Assembly (NCBI RefSeq): GCF_018977255.1 | Contig: NW_024704743.1 | Coordinates: forward strand, 83,578,001-83,642,000 | Direction of reading: 5' to 3' | From: Callorhinchus milii | Lineage: Eukaryota | DNA length: 64,000 nt | Shown here: positions 38,163-50,905 of the stretch, in pieces | Layout: the number at the start of each line of letters is the position of its first letter | Numbering within the stretch: position 1 is the stretch's first letter | Position numbers and translations under genes: made by a program | Notes under the pieces: model-generated | The model's input: the letters and a program-made list of their open reading frames with translations, nothing else | Databases searched by the model: none | Told to the model about the DNA's origin: nothing

Positions 38163-39947
38163 GTCCACAGCGACACCACAGGCACACACAGAGAGAGAGA
38201 GAGAGAGAAATATAGGCCGCGGCTTCGCGTGTGTACCGTTCGATTTGTAACACCGGACGTGCCCTTTTTTTAAAGAAAAAACACCCAGAAATATATATTT
38301 TAATAGCGGGGTCCGGTTTTCCCCTCCGCCCCTTCTTCTCACGGACGCACCGTAATAAGCAACAAGGCTGCCCCCCGGGCACCGCCACACACAACAACAA
38401 ACGTATCACATTTGCGAAGCGTCTTTCATGTCCCCGCGCACTCCGCCTCCTCGGTGTTCAGTTGACAGCCGCTGGGGTCGTGTTTTATTTCAAAGTAGAT
38501 TTGTGGTAAGAAGGCAAAGTCCCCCCCCACCCACCCCTCACCCCCTCCTCCCTCCCGCAGGTACTCTCCAGGAGAGTGAAATACGAAACATCCCGACAAG
38601 ATGGCCGGGGTTCCTCCATCCCTCTTTTAACTTGTTTTTTTTTAAAAAACTCTCCTTCCTCCCCCTTTTTGTCTCTTGCAGTTTCTCTTCGTTTTTTGTT
38701 GACGCGTTAAACGGCAATTAATTCCCGTGAATTGGGATTGGGGTTTTTTTTTGGGCTTCAAATCGAAACAAAAGAGAAAAATCCTTTTTTTTTAAAAGTT
38801 TTTTTTTCTCTCTCTCTTGCAAAGAGAAGGAAGTTTCTCCCCATGTCCTGGCCAACAACCCCCCCCCCCCCCCCCCCCAATACAAAATGGGTCGTTTACC
38901 TCTTGGCTGTTTGATATGATGGTCCGAATTGCCTGTGCACCTACAAAATGCACAGCCACTACACTTAACATAACATCCTGTGAAGCTTCTTATCGACGTG
39001 AAAGACGTCTATATATGGAAAGTATCTTGTTGCTGGCGAAGACTGAAATTGCCAAAGTCAACAGATTTGCGTAGTTTATAAATGTAACCTTTTTCATTAT
39101 TTTTAAAAAGTGAACTTTTGGATTTGCAACAACAACGAAATTACATTTGTATTACGCCTTTCACGGCGGGAGGGCGTCCCAAGGCGCCGGGCAGACAGTG
39201 TTACAATACAGTGTGTTATTACTCTTTTTTTTGTATACTTTAAGGGGACTTTAGATGAGGACAAACCCAGTCTTGGTTTGTTTGCGTTTATGTAACCTCA
39301 TGTGGCAATTGAGAAGTGATAAAAAAGTAGCACCTCAAAATGTTTTTATTAAAATTGAATTTTGACATGACAGTCATGCAACTCAAAACTTCTGATATGA
39401 GCAGTGTTTAAGATCACTTACATTGGTAAACAAATCATTTGTGATTTCTGTCATCTGTTTTCATTTTCAGTAAGTAATCTGGTGTGTGCCATTGATTACA
39501 TTTTCTGTAACCTTTATCCTCTGATGAAATAGAGAACATTGCCCCATTTTCTTAACATTGCTGGTTGTAGAATAGTCCTTCCTGCAATCTAGTTGTTTGG
39601 TTATGAGCTGGGCCAATAGAAAAGTGGAAATATTTACCCTAAATTGCGGTGAAATTTGGGTGGGGTGGTGGTTGGTGCTATTGATGTACACTTTTCTGCC
39701 CATCTACATTTTTTTCACTTTATTCATAAAAACTAAACATGAGGAAATAACACATATTAGACTCTTGTAATTTTTCAAAAAAAATTAATATCTTTAACAA
39801 AAACTGGGTGGCCCGTGGTGGGGAGGGGGGACACCAGCGCAAAGATCCGCCAAAAAAGACTCAGGACCAGTGTCCTGACTGGGGCTGCAGGGGCTCACCA
39901 CCTGCTGCCTCTCAGGTTCTGGCACTACAGGCACAGAGGCCCAGAGT

Positions 39948-40290
39948 GAGAGACATACACTCAGAGAGAGAAATACATACACACACTCAGAGACACAGAG
40001 ACACACACACTCAGAGACACACAGACACATACAATCAGAGAGACACACACACTCAGAGACACACAGACACATACAATCAGAGAGACACACACACTCAGAT
40101 ACACACAGACACATACAATCAGAGAGACACACACACTCAGAGACAGGGAGAGACAGGCACACACATAGACACATACAGAGGAGAGAGACGCATACACACT
40201 CACAAGCACATAGAGAAAGAGACACAGACACTCACAAACACGTACAGAAGAGAGATACACAGACACTCAAACACACATACAGACAATCAC
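39948..40290. repeat. CA/GA low-complexity tract with a 42-bp unit repeated ~3 times
   Basis: Unit CACACAGACACATACAATCAGAGAGACACACACACTCAGAGA, seen as the 14-aa periodicity in the spurious ORFs. Confidence 0.85.
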
Positions 40291-40390
40291 AGCTGCGGGG
40301 CCTCCCGAGTGGAGCAATGCCCATTTCCCGCTTTTGCAGCACCGCGCATCTGGAGCCACTCCGCCAACAGGAGTCGGGCAAACAGTGTGA

Positions 40391-40812
40391 GGGGCCTGCA
40401 GGTCCATAGCGGAGGCCCGGGGCCTGCAGGTCTGTAGCGGAGGCCCAGGGCCTGCAGGTCTGTAGCGGAGGCCCAGGGCCTGCAGGTCTGTAGCGGAGGC
40501 CCTGGGCCTGCAGGTCTGTAGCGGAGGCCCGGGGCCTGTAGGTCTGTAGCGGAGGCCCAGGGCCTGTAGGTCTGTAGCGGAGGCCCAGGGCCTGCAGGTC
40601 CGTAGCGGAGGCCCGGGGCCCGCAGGTCCATAGCGGAGGCCCGGGGCCTGCAGGTCCGTAGCGGAGGCCCGGGGCCTGCAGGTCCGTAGCGGAGGCCCGG
40701 GGCCTGCAGGTCTGTAGCGGAGGCCCGGGGCCTGCAGGTCTGTAGCGGAGGCCCGGGGCCTGCAGGTCTGAAGCGGAGGCCCAGGGCCTGCAGGTCTGTA
40801 GCGGAGACCCGG
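40391..40812. repeat. GC-rich 28-bp minisatellite, 15 units
   Basis: GGGGCCTGCAGGTCTGTAGCGGAGGCCC repeated head to tail; TAGC anchors exactly 28 apart from 40407 to 40799. Confidence 0.95.
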
Positions 40813-41675
40813 GTGTTTGTGTTACGTTCTACTGGAGGCCCAGAGCATTTGTAGCATTTGTGGATTCCATGGAAAGAAAGTGTGGCTGCACTTTTTTATT
40901 GATCCAGGTTATGAAACTGTTCAAACTAAAAATAAAGAAATAAATAAATTTTAATTTTAGATTGAAAACTTGTTTTGGTTCTGTAATAAGTATAGGTGAT
41001 CTAGATTTATATTGGGTTCTGTCAGATTTGTGCTTAGTTTTTGACCATGGTATTTCTAAAACCTGCTTACACTAGAGAGCTGTTACTGAACACCAATACA
41101 TTGAGGGATATTCAATGTAGTCAAAACACAAAATGCTGGAAATGCTGGAAATCTGAAAACAAAAAGAGAACATTACTCCTAGAGTAACGTTCTTTCATAA
41201 ACATCAAATTTGCCTCATTTGCACAATCATCTGTTGTACTTACTAGTTCCCTCCAATCCTTGGCTTTTTTTCTATCTTTTTTATTCTTCTAAGAATGTAA
41301 AATATTTGTCTCAGAATTAAGAAAAATGCAATGGAACAACGTATTTTTAAAAAAATCAAATGGCAAGTAAAAATCAAATGAGAAAAAGATTTACAGTGCC
41401 TGAAATATTTTTGGAGAAAGTGAAAAAGAAAATGTTAGATGGCAAATAAAACAAAAGAAAAATATAGACAAGTGTAAAGCAATATAAGGAGAGAAATGCG
41501 GAGTGAAAGGTTCATTTAAAAAAATACTTTTATAAAGTGCTAATTTTCTGCCTCGACTTTTATGGTTGGGTGGGGGAGGAGAGGGGGAGAGAATTCCAAT
41601 TAACGGTATCCTGGGAATGACCTTCCAGTGATTGTGAGAAAATGTTACAAGAAATGGAAAACTGAGAGACTGTAC

Positions 41676-41982
41676 ATAATAATCCTTGCATTTGATATAG
41701 CGCTTTTAGCGTCTTCTAGACGTCTCAAAGCGCTTCACAGAATACACTGTAAAGTGAATTGACTATATTTGTGGGCGAACGCGGCAGCCAATTGCAGACA
41801 GCAATGTCCCACAAACAGTCGTAGATTGAAAATGACCAACTTATTATTCTTTTGTTTTGGAGGGATTATTATTAGGCTCTGTGTGGAGTAAGGAAACTTG
41901 CCCAAGGTTTCGCACTGCCTGGAATTGAACTCAGGTCTCTCGCTTGCAAAGCGAGTGCTCTAACCACTGAGCTACAGGACTC
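41676..41982 (-). mobile_element. tRNA-Ala-headed SINE, short form
   Basis: Reverse complement closely matches 9001-9336. Confidence 0.9.
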
Positions 41983-43009
41983 TGTAAACCTCTCATTGAG
42001 TTTCCTTGTAGCTTGATTTGATTTAAAGTACTGACTTACTAAAGTACACGAGTGGTTTCACACGCATGATGAGTCCTTCAATACTCTGTACAAGTGGACG
42101 TCCTTAAACTAATTATGTTTTTTTAGGGTAAATTGTATAAATTAATTTGTATAAGCCTGATAGACTTCTGAAAGTTTTAACTTGATATCCAAAAGTTTTG
42201 GTGAGCCTTTTGAAAAAAATGGATGTGGTTTTATAAGCTATTACAGGTCTCTGGCTACTAGAATTCAACTTGTAAATAAATTGGATGAAGCCCCCAAAAT
42301 TATACTGTGGCAAAAATGAGGGAACCTTTAGATCAACAGCACATTGTTTTCCTGCAGAGTGTCATGAGATTGGAGAAGGACAGTGAAGGTGTTCTAGCTG
42401 TTTACTTATTTGATTTTAGTTAAAAGGCTTATTAGTATTTCATGACTGCTATAATATTAACAGAATATCTTTAGAACCATTGCAACTAGGTTTGTAATCT
42501 GAGTACTCATTTAGAAGAACCATTGCTGAAGTTGGAGATGATACACTCCATTTCCCCTGCCTGGTAATTTACTCGAGAGTAGAAGAATTTGCTAGCATGT
42601 CAAGTATCAGGCCTTAATTTTTTTTGAAAAATGAATACTTCATATAGCAGTACTGTAGTTTTACTGTTGTATTCCCATAGGCAAAAATATCTCCTTTCCT
42701 CTTGTAAGTGTCTTGCTGATTATATTGATTAAGGTTCTACGATGACGACGATACAGCCAGTGTTAATACTTCAGATTGATTTACACACTTTTGCACAAAA
42801 CATTGCCTCTGGTGGTTAGCTAACTGGTTCACCATTTGTATTGATAGTTTTAGGATTTCACTAGATATTCAGTGATTTGACTTTACAAGATAAAGGAATC
42901 CAGCTGCGCTTTTAGGAAATTAAACCCATGCTAAATGTAGAGTTTGAATCATATTATTTTCCTGGGAACCATGCTAGGGCCACACAAGCTGCTGTTAATA
43001 TTTATACTG

Positions 43010-43205
43010 ATAATAATAATAATAATAATCCTTGCATTTGATATAGCGCTTTTCACGTCAGGAGGACGTCCCAAAGCGCTTCACAGAACACATTGTAAAC
43101 TGAATTGACTGTATATTTGTGGGCGAACGCGGCAGCCAATTGCGCACAGCAATGTCCCACAGTCGTAGATTGAAAATGACCAATTTATTATTGTTGTTTT
43201 TTGGA
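43010..43205 (-). mobile_element. Short-form SINE, 5'-truncated
   Basis: (TTA)n tail and 3' body only. Confidence 0.85.
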
Positions 43206-43539
43206 TGGCAAAGTTAAATGTCTGCATTGCTCTATCATGTAAAATGAAAGTTCTGTTTGTTAAACATAGTATGCACACAATTGGTTGGGTTGACTTGAAT
43301 TTTTTTTGGTCTTATTTTACTTTCGTAAAACTTTTTTACAGATAAGAGAAAAAGCATGTTAAATTTTCAAGAGAGCACTTCAGCCTGCTGTTTTTATCTG
43401 GCAGTTCCGGGAGTCTCGAAAGCCAAAACAAATTGGTTTTGTATGGCCTCTGGAGACTGTCTGCAGCAAATTACTTTCCGAGTATGTGAGGCTATATTGA
43501 CATTATTGGGTAAATATCACAATGAGCGTAAATATCTCA

Positions 43540-43645
43540 GTTCTAATGAAGGGTCATGGACCCGAAATGCTGACTCACTTTCCCTTCTCCATAGATGCTG
43601 CCTGACCTGCTGAGTGTTCCCAGCCAGCGACTTTTGTTTTTGTTT
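43540..43645 (+). mobile_element. Penelope-like terminal fragment
   Basis: TCTAATGAAGGGTCATGGACCCGAAATGCTGACTCACTTTCC...ATAGATGCTGCCTGACCTGCTGAG. Confidence 0.6.
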
Positions 43646-45699
43646 CACAATGATGTCAAAATTCTCATGCATGTGGAAATTGCCATTGTATTAGCATTAT
43701 AACTGCTCAAATAATGGTAGTATTGTAGTGCCTTTCATGTCTGGTAGATGTATTAAAGCGCTTCACAGAATTTACCATAAAGTGTGGTGACTGTATTTCG
43801 TAGGTGAACACAACAGTCAATCTGTCCACAAATAGCCAGTGAATAACCAATTTTATCTGGGGGATTGCCCAGCACACCAGAAGAAATTCCTTTCATCTTT
43901 CGAGGAGCACCATGCGATCTTCAGCGTTTACCTGAACAGGCAGACGGGAGTGGGGTGGGGGCTAGGTGGATGGCATGGAGGGGAGGGCTTAGTTTAACAT
44001 GTCACCTGAAGGATGGCACATCCTTTTGACGCCCATTGCAGTGCTGGAGTATAATGATGTCCTTAGTTTCAGGAACCTTATCCTCTTCAACAAAAAAAGT
44101 ACAGTAGTGTCTTAATTTGTGACTGGAATGTTTTCTTTTGATGACCATCTTGATGCTACATTGTGACATTGTGTCCATTCTGATATATAGTCGCTTGGGG
44201 CTACAAATCATTAGAATACATTATAATATACAGCGCAGAGACAGGCCATTTGGCCCAACTGGTCTGTGCCGGTGTTTATGCTCCACATGAGCCTCCTTCT
44301 GCCCTTCCTCATCTAAGCCTTCAAGCACAACCATCTAACCTTCTAAATCAGAACCGTTATCAACCATGATATGTATTGTGTATTACCTTTGATATCTAGC
44401 CCTCAACCATTATTATGCCTCTGATATTTAATTCACTCTTTCTCCCTGACATTCTGCCTTTGACTCAGATGTTTGGTATGGCAAAAACATGTCCCTTATT
44501 GTTAGATGTTTGCTCCATGTGGCTGTAAACTTTGTGGAGGTGTACGGACTTGTGTTAATAGCGAACTCTGTCTATCAGTCATGATTTAACACCAAAATTA
44601 AATTTGGATTGGGTGAGCAATGCTCCTGTCTGCTGATTGACCTTGTGCTGTAGGATGGTCAGAATGGGCAATCTATTAATGGAGAATGAGGAAGACTGGG
44701 CATAAGATGTCCAGATCAGTTTAAATGTAGCTGAGTGCAGGTAATAAATTCTGAGTTGAGTTCCACAGTCAAATGTTAGTCCTGGAATTGCCAGTGGCTA
44801 TGCAGGTTGCAAAGGAAGTTTATACTGTGCTTTTTATGGTGATTAATTGCCATGTGCCTCTTCCTCTCTCTGGCTTCACCCCCTTGTATAAAGCTGGTGT
44901 GAGAGACGTGATCATGAAGCAATTTGGGCTGGAGGCCAATTTGGGTTTGGCAGATCATTGCTTCTCAATTGGGCTATATAAGTGGTTTGAATCAATTCGG
45001 CCTCTTTTCAAAATCGCCCCTTTAAAAGTTCTGGACTGCTATAATTGATGTTTGTAATGTTTGTTATTGGTATCAGCAAAATAAATAACAATGCTTAGGC
45101 GGAGCTCCTCACATGTACTGAGTTGCACATGTATTCCTCCACCTGACATGAGCTCTTGAGAGTAAATTGTTCTCTGTTCCAAAATTGTTCCAACTGTTGA
45201 AACTGATGTTGCATTGTTTCCAGTAGTATAAACCAGACATTAGATTCTGTCCAATCGATTTGCCGAACACCACTGTTCTATCCGCAAACACAACCCTGAG
45301 CTTCCGGTTTCTTTCCACTTGAACTCTCTCTCCCTCTCGCACTCTGACCTCTCCATCCATGGTGTCCTACTCTATTCCAGTGAGCCACAGCGCAAGCTCA
45401 AGGAACAGCATCTCATTTATCTTCTAGGGACCTTACAGCCTCAATATTGATTTCAACAATTTCAGACCATAACAGCTCACCTTCCCCTTCTGTGATCATT
45501 ATCACATCATATGGATCCCAGAGGTCCCTTTTCTCTCTCTGGTCTGCCTATTTTGTTGTAATTTCTCCCCCACCGACCCCTTTGTTCCGCAGTATTAACA
45601 CCTTTATTCCTCTGCTTTGTTGCAATCCTCCCATTGTTTTGCATCATTAACACCTGTTTAACCCATCGTCCCCTGTTTTCTACCCCATTTTCTCCCTTG

Positions 45700-47322
45700 A
45701 TCACCCCCATCCTGAAAAAACTTTCCCTGGACCCATCCCTCCTCTCCAGCTACCGCCCCATCTCTAACCTCCCATTCCTCTCCAAGGTCCTGGAACAAGT
45801 CATCGCATCCCAGCTCCACTCCTTTCTTTCTCGCCATTCCCACTTTGGACCCCTCCAATCCAGCTTCCGCGGAAACAGCCCTGGTCAAAGTCAGTAATGA
45901 CATTCTGAACATCTGTGATCAGGGCTCCCTCTGTCTCCTTGTCCTCGACCTCTCTGCCATCTTCGACACTGTCGACCACTCCATCCTCATACACCAACTC
46001 TCCTCTTTACTTAATCTTCACGGACCTGCCCCTGCCTGGTTTGATTCCTATCTCTCTCACCGTCTCCACTTTGTTGCCTCTAACGGTTTCTCCTCCAGCC
46101 CCCGCACTGTCACGTCTGGCGTCCCCCAGGGCTCTGTCCTTGGCCCTCTCCTCTTTAATATCTACATGCTCCCCCTCGGTGACATCATCCGCAGCTATAG
46201 GGTCAATTTCCATATGTATGCGGATGACACCCAACTCTATCTTTCTGCTTTCACCCTCAACTCCAAGACCACTGCTGTCCTGACAGACTGCCTGTCGGAC
46301 ATCAAGTAATATAATAATATAATAATAATAATCCTTGCATATAGCGCTTTTCATGTCTTCAAAATGTCTCAAAGCGCTTCACAGAATATACTGTAGAGTG
46401 AATTGACTGTATAGTTGTAGGCAAAACGCGGCAGCCAATTGTGCACAGCAGATGTCCTGGATGAGGGCAAATTTCCTACAGTTGAGTGTGAACAAGACTG
46501 AGGCCCTCCTGATTGACTCGCGCCAGCGCCTCAGCACCTCAGGCTCCGGCAACATCAACCTCCATGGTTGCACACTACAACTCACCAAGCCAGTCAGGAA
46601 CCTCGGTGTCGTGTTCGACCCTCAACTGTCTTCTTTCCCACATCCAAGCCATGACCCGCTCTGCCTTCCCTCAACTCCGTAACATCGCCCAATTCCGCCA
46701 CTACCTCACCCCTCAGGCCGCTGAAACTCTTGTTCATGCCTTCATCGCCTCCAGGCTCGACTATGCCAACGCCCTACTTGTCGGCCTTCTCAACTCCTCC
46801 CTCCACAGGCTGCAAATAATCCAGAACTCTGCAGCCCGTGTCCTCTCCCGCACCAAACTCCGTGATCCCATCTCCCCCACTCTCGCCCGACTCCACTGGC
46901 ACCTTATCCTTCAGAGGATCCAGTTCAAGATCCTGGTCCTCACCTACAAAGCCCTCCATGGCTTCGCCCCATCCTACCTCTGCGACCTCCTAACCCCCTA
47001 CCAACCTGCCCACTCCCTCCGCTCAGCCGGCTCCGGCCTGCTCCCATGTCCCCCAACCCACCTGCCCCACCTTTGGCGGGAGAACCTTCAGCCACTCTGC
47101 CTCCAACTTCTGGAATTTCATCCCCCAATCACTCCACCTCGCCCCCTCCTTAGCCTCCTTCAAATCCCGCCACAAGACCCTCCTCTTCGACCATGCCATC
47201 GGCCACCCCACTTCCCCTCCTTTCCCTTCTCTTCTTTCCCTTCTCCCTCGCTGACCCCAGCTTGGGTCTGAAATGCTGTACACTGTCCAGCACCTTGAGA
47301 TGTCCTCCCGACGTAAAAGGCG
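45700..47322 (+). mobile_element. L2 LINE, 5'-truncated ORF2 (RT) with frameshifts
   Basis: ITPILKK, YRPISNLPFLSKVLE, LDLSAIFDTVDH, GVPQGSVLGPLLF, MYADDTQLY, SRLDYANALL, LHW; L2 tail. Confidence 0.95.
46308..46451 (-). mobile_element. 5'-truncated SINE inserted antisense in L2
   Basis: Splits L2 DIK|SWM; TGTCC microhomology at the truncation junction. Confidence 0.85.
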
Positions 47323-50300
47323 GGAGGACCGGAATTGTTGATTCACTTTCCTTTTTCCATAGATGCTACCTGACCTGCTGAGTGTTCCCAGTGACTTCTG
47401 ATTTTGTTTGTATCAGATTCTGTCCCTAATCTGAATGGCTGAGGTTAACTCCATTAATTGATTTAATATCTACAGGATCCCAAGATACCTAAGGCCTCAT
47501 TAAAGTATTTCATACAGGTCACTCCATGCTCTATCAGTGCAAGGCCATACTTAGCTTTCATTGCATGAATATTGTAGATTTTCTTGTGACGTTTGGGTAC
47601 TCAGACTGAAGGGCATTATCTACATTGTTCAAAAAGGGATATTCTAAGTTTTGGCCTTATAAACTTACTTATATTTTCTTAAAATCTAATCTCAAATATG
47701 ACCAGTGTCTGCCCTTTGCTGTGATACTGTATTTGAATAAAATAGATGTAATTGCTACCTCTCTTCTAAATAAGAAGATTTCTAAGGATATAAATCTTTT
47801 CTTTTTGATGTTTATACCAATTTTGTAAAGTTTTTACTGAATTTAACAACAGGAATGTTCTCTCCTGGTTAAACTGGCATGTATAATTTTTAAAATGTTT
47901 TATTAAAGCTATCTGCATTTATAAGTTTTCCATTTTATAAATTGTTATATAAAGTAAATTAATTGTCATTCCTAATGCACCACTTATACCTACTGAAAAG
48001 GCAAAGGTCTTTTCTTCACCTCTGCCCAGTCTCATGCCATATACTACAAACCCTTATTCATACATTTATTACCTCCTGCCTGGACTTTTCAAATGCACTA
48101 CTTGCTGATCTTGTTAGCTCCACCATACCATAAACTCAAACTCATCCAAACCGTCAGATGAGACGTTAAGCCAATGCCCGTTTGCCTGTTCAGGTGGACA
48201 CTAAAGGTCCCATGGCACTAGTCAAAACGAAAAGGGAGTTTCTCCCAGTGTCCTGCCAATGATCCCCCAAATAAAATTATTCATTTACTTCATGGCTGTC
48301 TATGGCATATTGCTCTGTCAGCAATATTGCTATTCACCCACAAAACAGTACCTCACACGATATACCTTGCAAAGCACTTTAGGATGTTCTCCTGTCATGA
48401 AACGTACTATGCCAATGGCAAGGATTATTAACCTCTGCCACCCGCATCGCCACCAAACTGCATGCCCATCACGCCAGTCCTTGCGAAAGATTTCAAGGTC
48501 CTCACCTAATTTAAGATTGTGCAGACATTTGGAAAAATTAACATCAATCTTAATTTGGAAATCAGTTTTCCGCATTACTCAAAAAGAACTACAGAAACTA
48601 GATTCTAAATTATGACTGAATTTAAGAATTTCAAGTCTAAAACCATAAAGCATTTTGGTCCAAATGGTTAATACAATTCACCTTAGGAGAGCCCATATGA
48701 AACTGTTACAGCTATCTGTGGCTCCTGAGTTATGATTTGCATTAGGAAGAATTGATGAATGATGGTATTTAATATAGCACAGCTCGAAAGATTGACAGCA
48801 ACCCTTAACTCTGTTGCTATTAGAAAGAATGAGGAATGAATAAATCATTACCTGAATGTTCAGTTATTTCTGTCGGTGTAGTATTGAGTGTTTAATGTTA
48901 TAAAATGAAATAAAATTAAATTTTTATAGCACCTATAGTATTGAAAGTATTTCACTGTAATTATTGTCTCATAGAGTGACTTCGTAGGCAAATGGAGCAC
49001 CCAAAGTAAATGATCAATTAATCTGGAGAATTATTGGTCAGGATAGCAGGAAAAACTCCTTTCTCTTTTCTAATAATATTTTGGGATCTTGATACATTTA
49101 CCTGAAGAAGAGGCAAACAGGATTAGATTTAATATCTCATCTGAAAGATGGCACTTCTAAAATGCAGCAGTCCCCTGGTACTGCACTGGAGGATCAACCC
49201 AAACTTAAGTCCCAAGTGTTGATATGGGACTTTTAATGGTTTATGTGCTTCTCCTTGGTGACATCGTTCACAGGTGTGAGGTGCATTTCCAAATGTAAAA
49301 TGTATAACATTCAACTCTGTCTGCTTCTACCATCGACTCTTGGACCACTGATGTTCTCACAGACTGCACGTCAGACCTCATGGATGAGATGTAATTTTCT
49401 CAATTCAATGTTGACAAAACTGAGGCTATCCTGCTTGGCATCCGACAGCTCCTCCTCACTTCAGGCACTGACTGTATCAAGCTGCCCGGTTTCTCCCTTC
49501 ATGAGGCTCATGCACGCCTTGTAACTTTGTAACTTCTTGAGCAGGGTGTTGGGAAAATAAATCATTGGCCTGCCCAGCTCCACCTTCCACAAACTCCACA
49601 TCACACAGCCTAGATTTTCTCCACACGATCATTGGCCCCAAGCTCGCCTGGCTCTAATGGTTCCCTATCCCTAGCAGACCAACATTTAAGATCATCACTT
49701 GTCTTCAAATGCCTCGAAATCTGTCATATTTTGTGACACTGCAGTCCCAGCCACTCCCACTGTTCTGCCAACTATGCCTAACCATTGGTGGGCAAGCCTT
49801 TGCCCCCTACCCCTCTTTCCTCCTTCCCATCTTGGGCACTTATCTTTGTAAAGCATGTTTTGCCTACAAAATGCACACTTCTGTTTTGCTGGTCAACAAT
49901 GCCTAAGATAAGATTGATCATTTATTACTTGGCTATTGTTGTGTGCAAAACTGACAGCAGCCTTCGTCAACAAAATGCACAGTCACTACACTTTAAAGAA
50001 AATCCTTTGAAGCAATATGTCCTCCGATATTGAAAGGCACATCAAATGCAATGATCATTATTATAGACACTATGTAAGTGTAAATTGTTGCATGAATTGC
50101 TACTTATTTTGATTGCATTTTCCAGAATGCATTGATTTCCCATCAAGTGACACATTTTTGTATCACTAAAACATAGTTAACAGTTAACCATGTTCCATCT
50201 GCCACAATTTAGCTGTTTAGTGGCACGAGTCATCTGCTGAAAGGAACTTTTGACCTAGGAGTGAAAGGAAGGTCATTGCTTTCTCATCAAGACACTACAA

Positions 50301-50857
50301 TAGTTATATTGTGTACTTGCTTACCATCCTTTAATGGTACTGCTTCAGATGCTTCTTATGCTTTTGGAAGGATTTGCTCCTTATCCTTATGGCCTGTACC
50401 TGCTCTATTTGACCCCTTCCCCCCTACACACAAAGTCTAATCGAGTTGCAGTATTGTATCTACGGTATTTAACACATGTTGAAAAGTGGGGTTTGCAGGG
50501 TTTTTCAAGGTGTTGAAAGGAAGAATGCTAAGTGATAGCTTAGTTCAGTTAATGACTTCTGGGTCAGAAAGTTGTTGATTTCATGCACCATGTAGTGATT
50601 TTAGGTCACAGGTTAGGCTGACACTATTGTGGTATTTAAGGGTGTATATAATATTGTTGGTGGTGCTGTCCTTTGGATGAGACTTTAAACAGAAGTCCTA
50701 CCTGTCTGTCCTCAGGTGGGCATTGAAGATCCCATGTCACTATTCAAAACATTTACCTTCTCCTAGTATTTAGGCTTCATGGACCGAGTGATCTTCTGAA
50801 CTAATTTCTTTGCTTTATCACTTGCTGGATCTAAACATTAGAAAATTGTCTTCAGCA

Positions 50858-50871
50858 GTGCCATCTGGTGG
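50858..50871 (-). promoter_or_regulatory. CTCF-like motif CCACCAGATGGCAC
   Basis: Perfect fit to CCASYAGRKGGCRS. Confidence 0.55.
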
Positions 50872-50905
50872 TCAAACAGTAACCACACGTGTTTAGAAAA
50901 ACTCA

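Larger units (their letters stand above)
37340..38480. promoter_or_regulatory. CpG island / ZNF236 promoter and 5' end of intron 1
   Basis: Dense CpG and (CCG)n content against a CpG-depleted, AT-rich background; contains exon 1. Confidence 0.85.
45230..47410 (+). mobile_element. Penelope-like element 3' part (GIY-YIG C-terminus + UTR), split by an L2 insertion
   Basis: RFAEHHCSIRKHNPELPVSFHLNS...HSDLSIHG...QRKLKEQHLIYLLGTLQP...NIDFNNF at 45256-45465; terminal sequence resumes at 47326. Confidence 0.75.

Noticed and set aside
38506..38560. GTG|GTAAGA donor and CCCGCAG acceptor as a mini-intron
   Set aside because: Only 55 nt, with no coding or other support.
37200..38721. Multiple 80-170 aa ORFs on both strands of the CpG island
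   Set aside because: Expected from GC-rich, microsatellite-containing DNA. Only 37480-37531 has homology and splice support.
39794..40631. Repetitive Cys/Val- or His/Thr-rich ORFs
   Set aside because: These are translations of CA/GA and 28-bp tandem repeats.
40391..40812. CRISPR-like array (28-bp palindromic repeats)
   Set aside because: Units are contiguous with no unique spacers, there are no cas genes, and the context is a vertebrate intron. It is a minisatellite.
46513..47271. 252-aa ORF
   Set aside because: Frameshifted C-terminal part of L2 ORF2.
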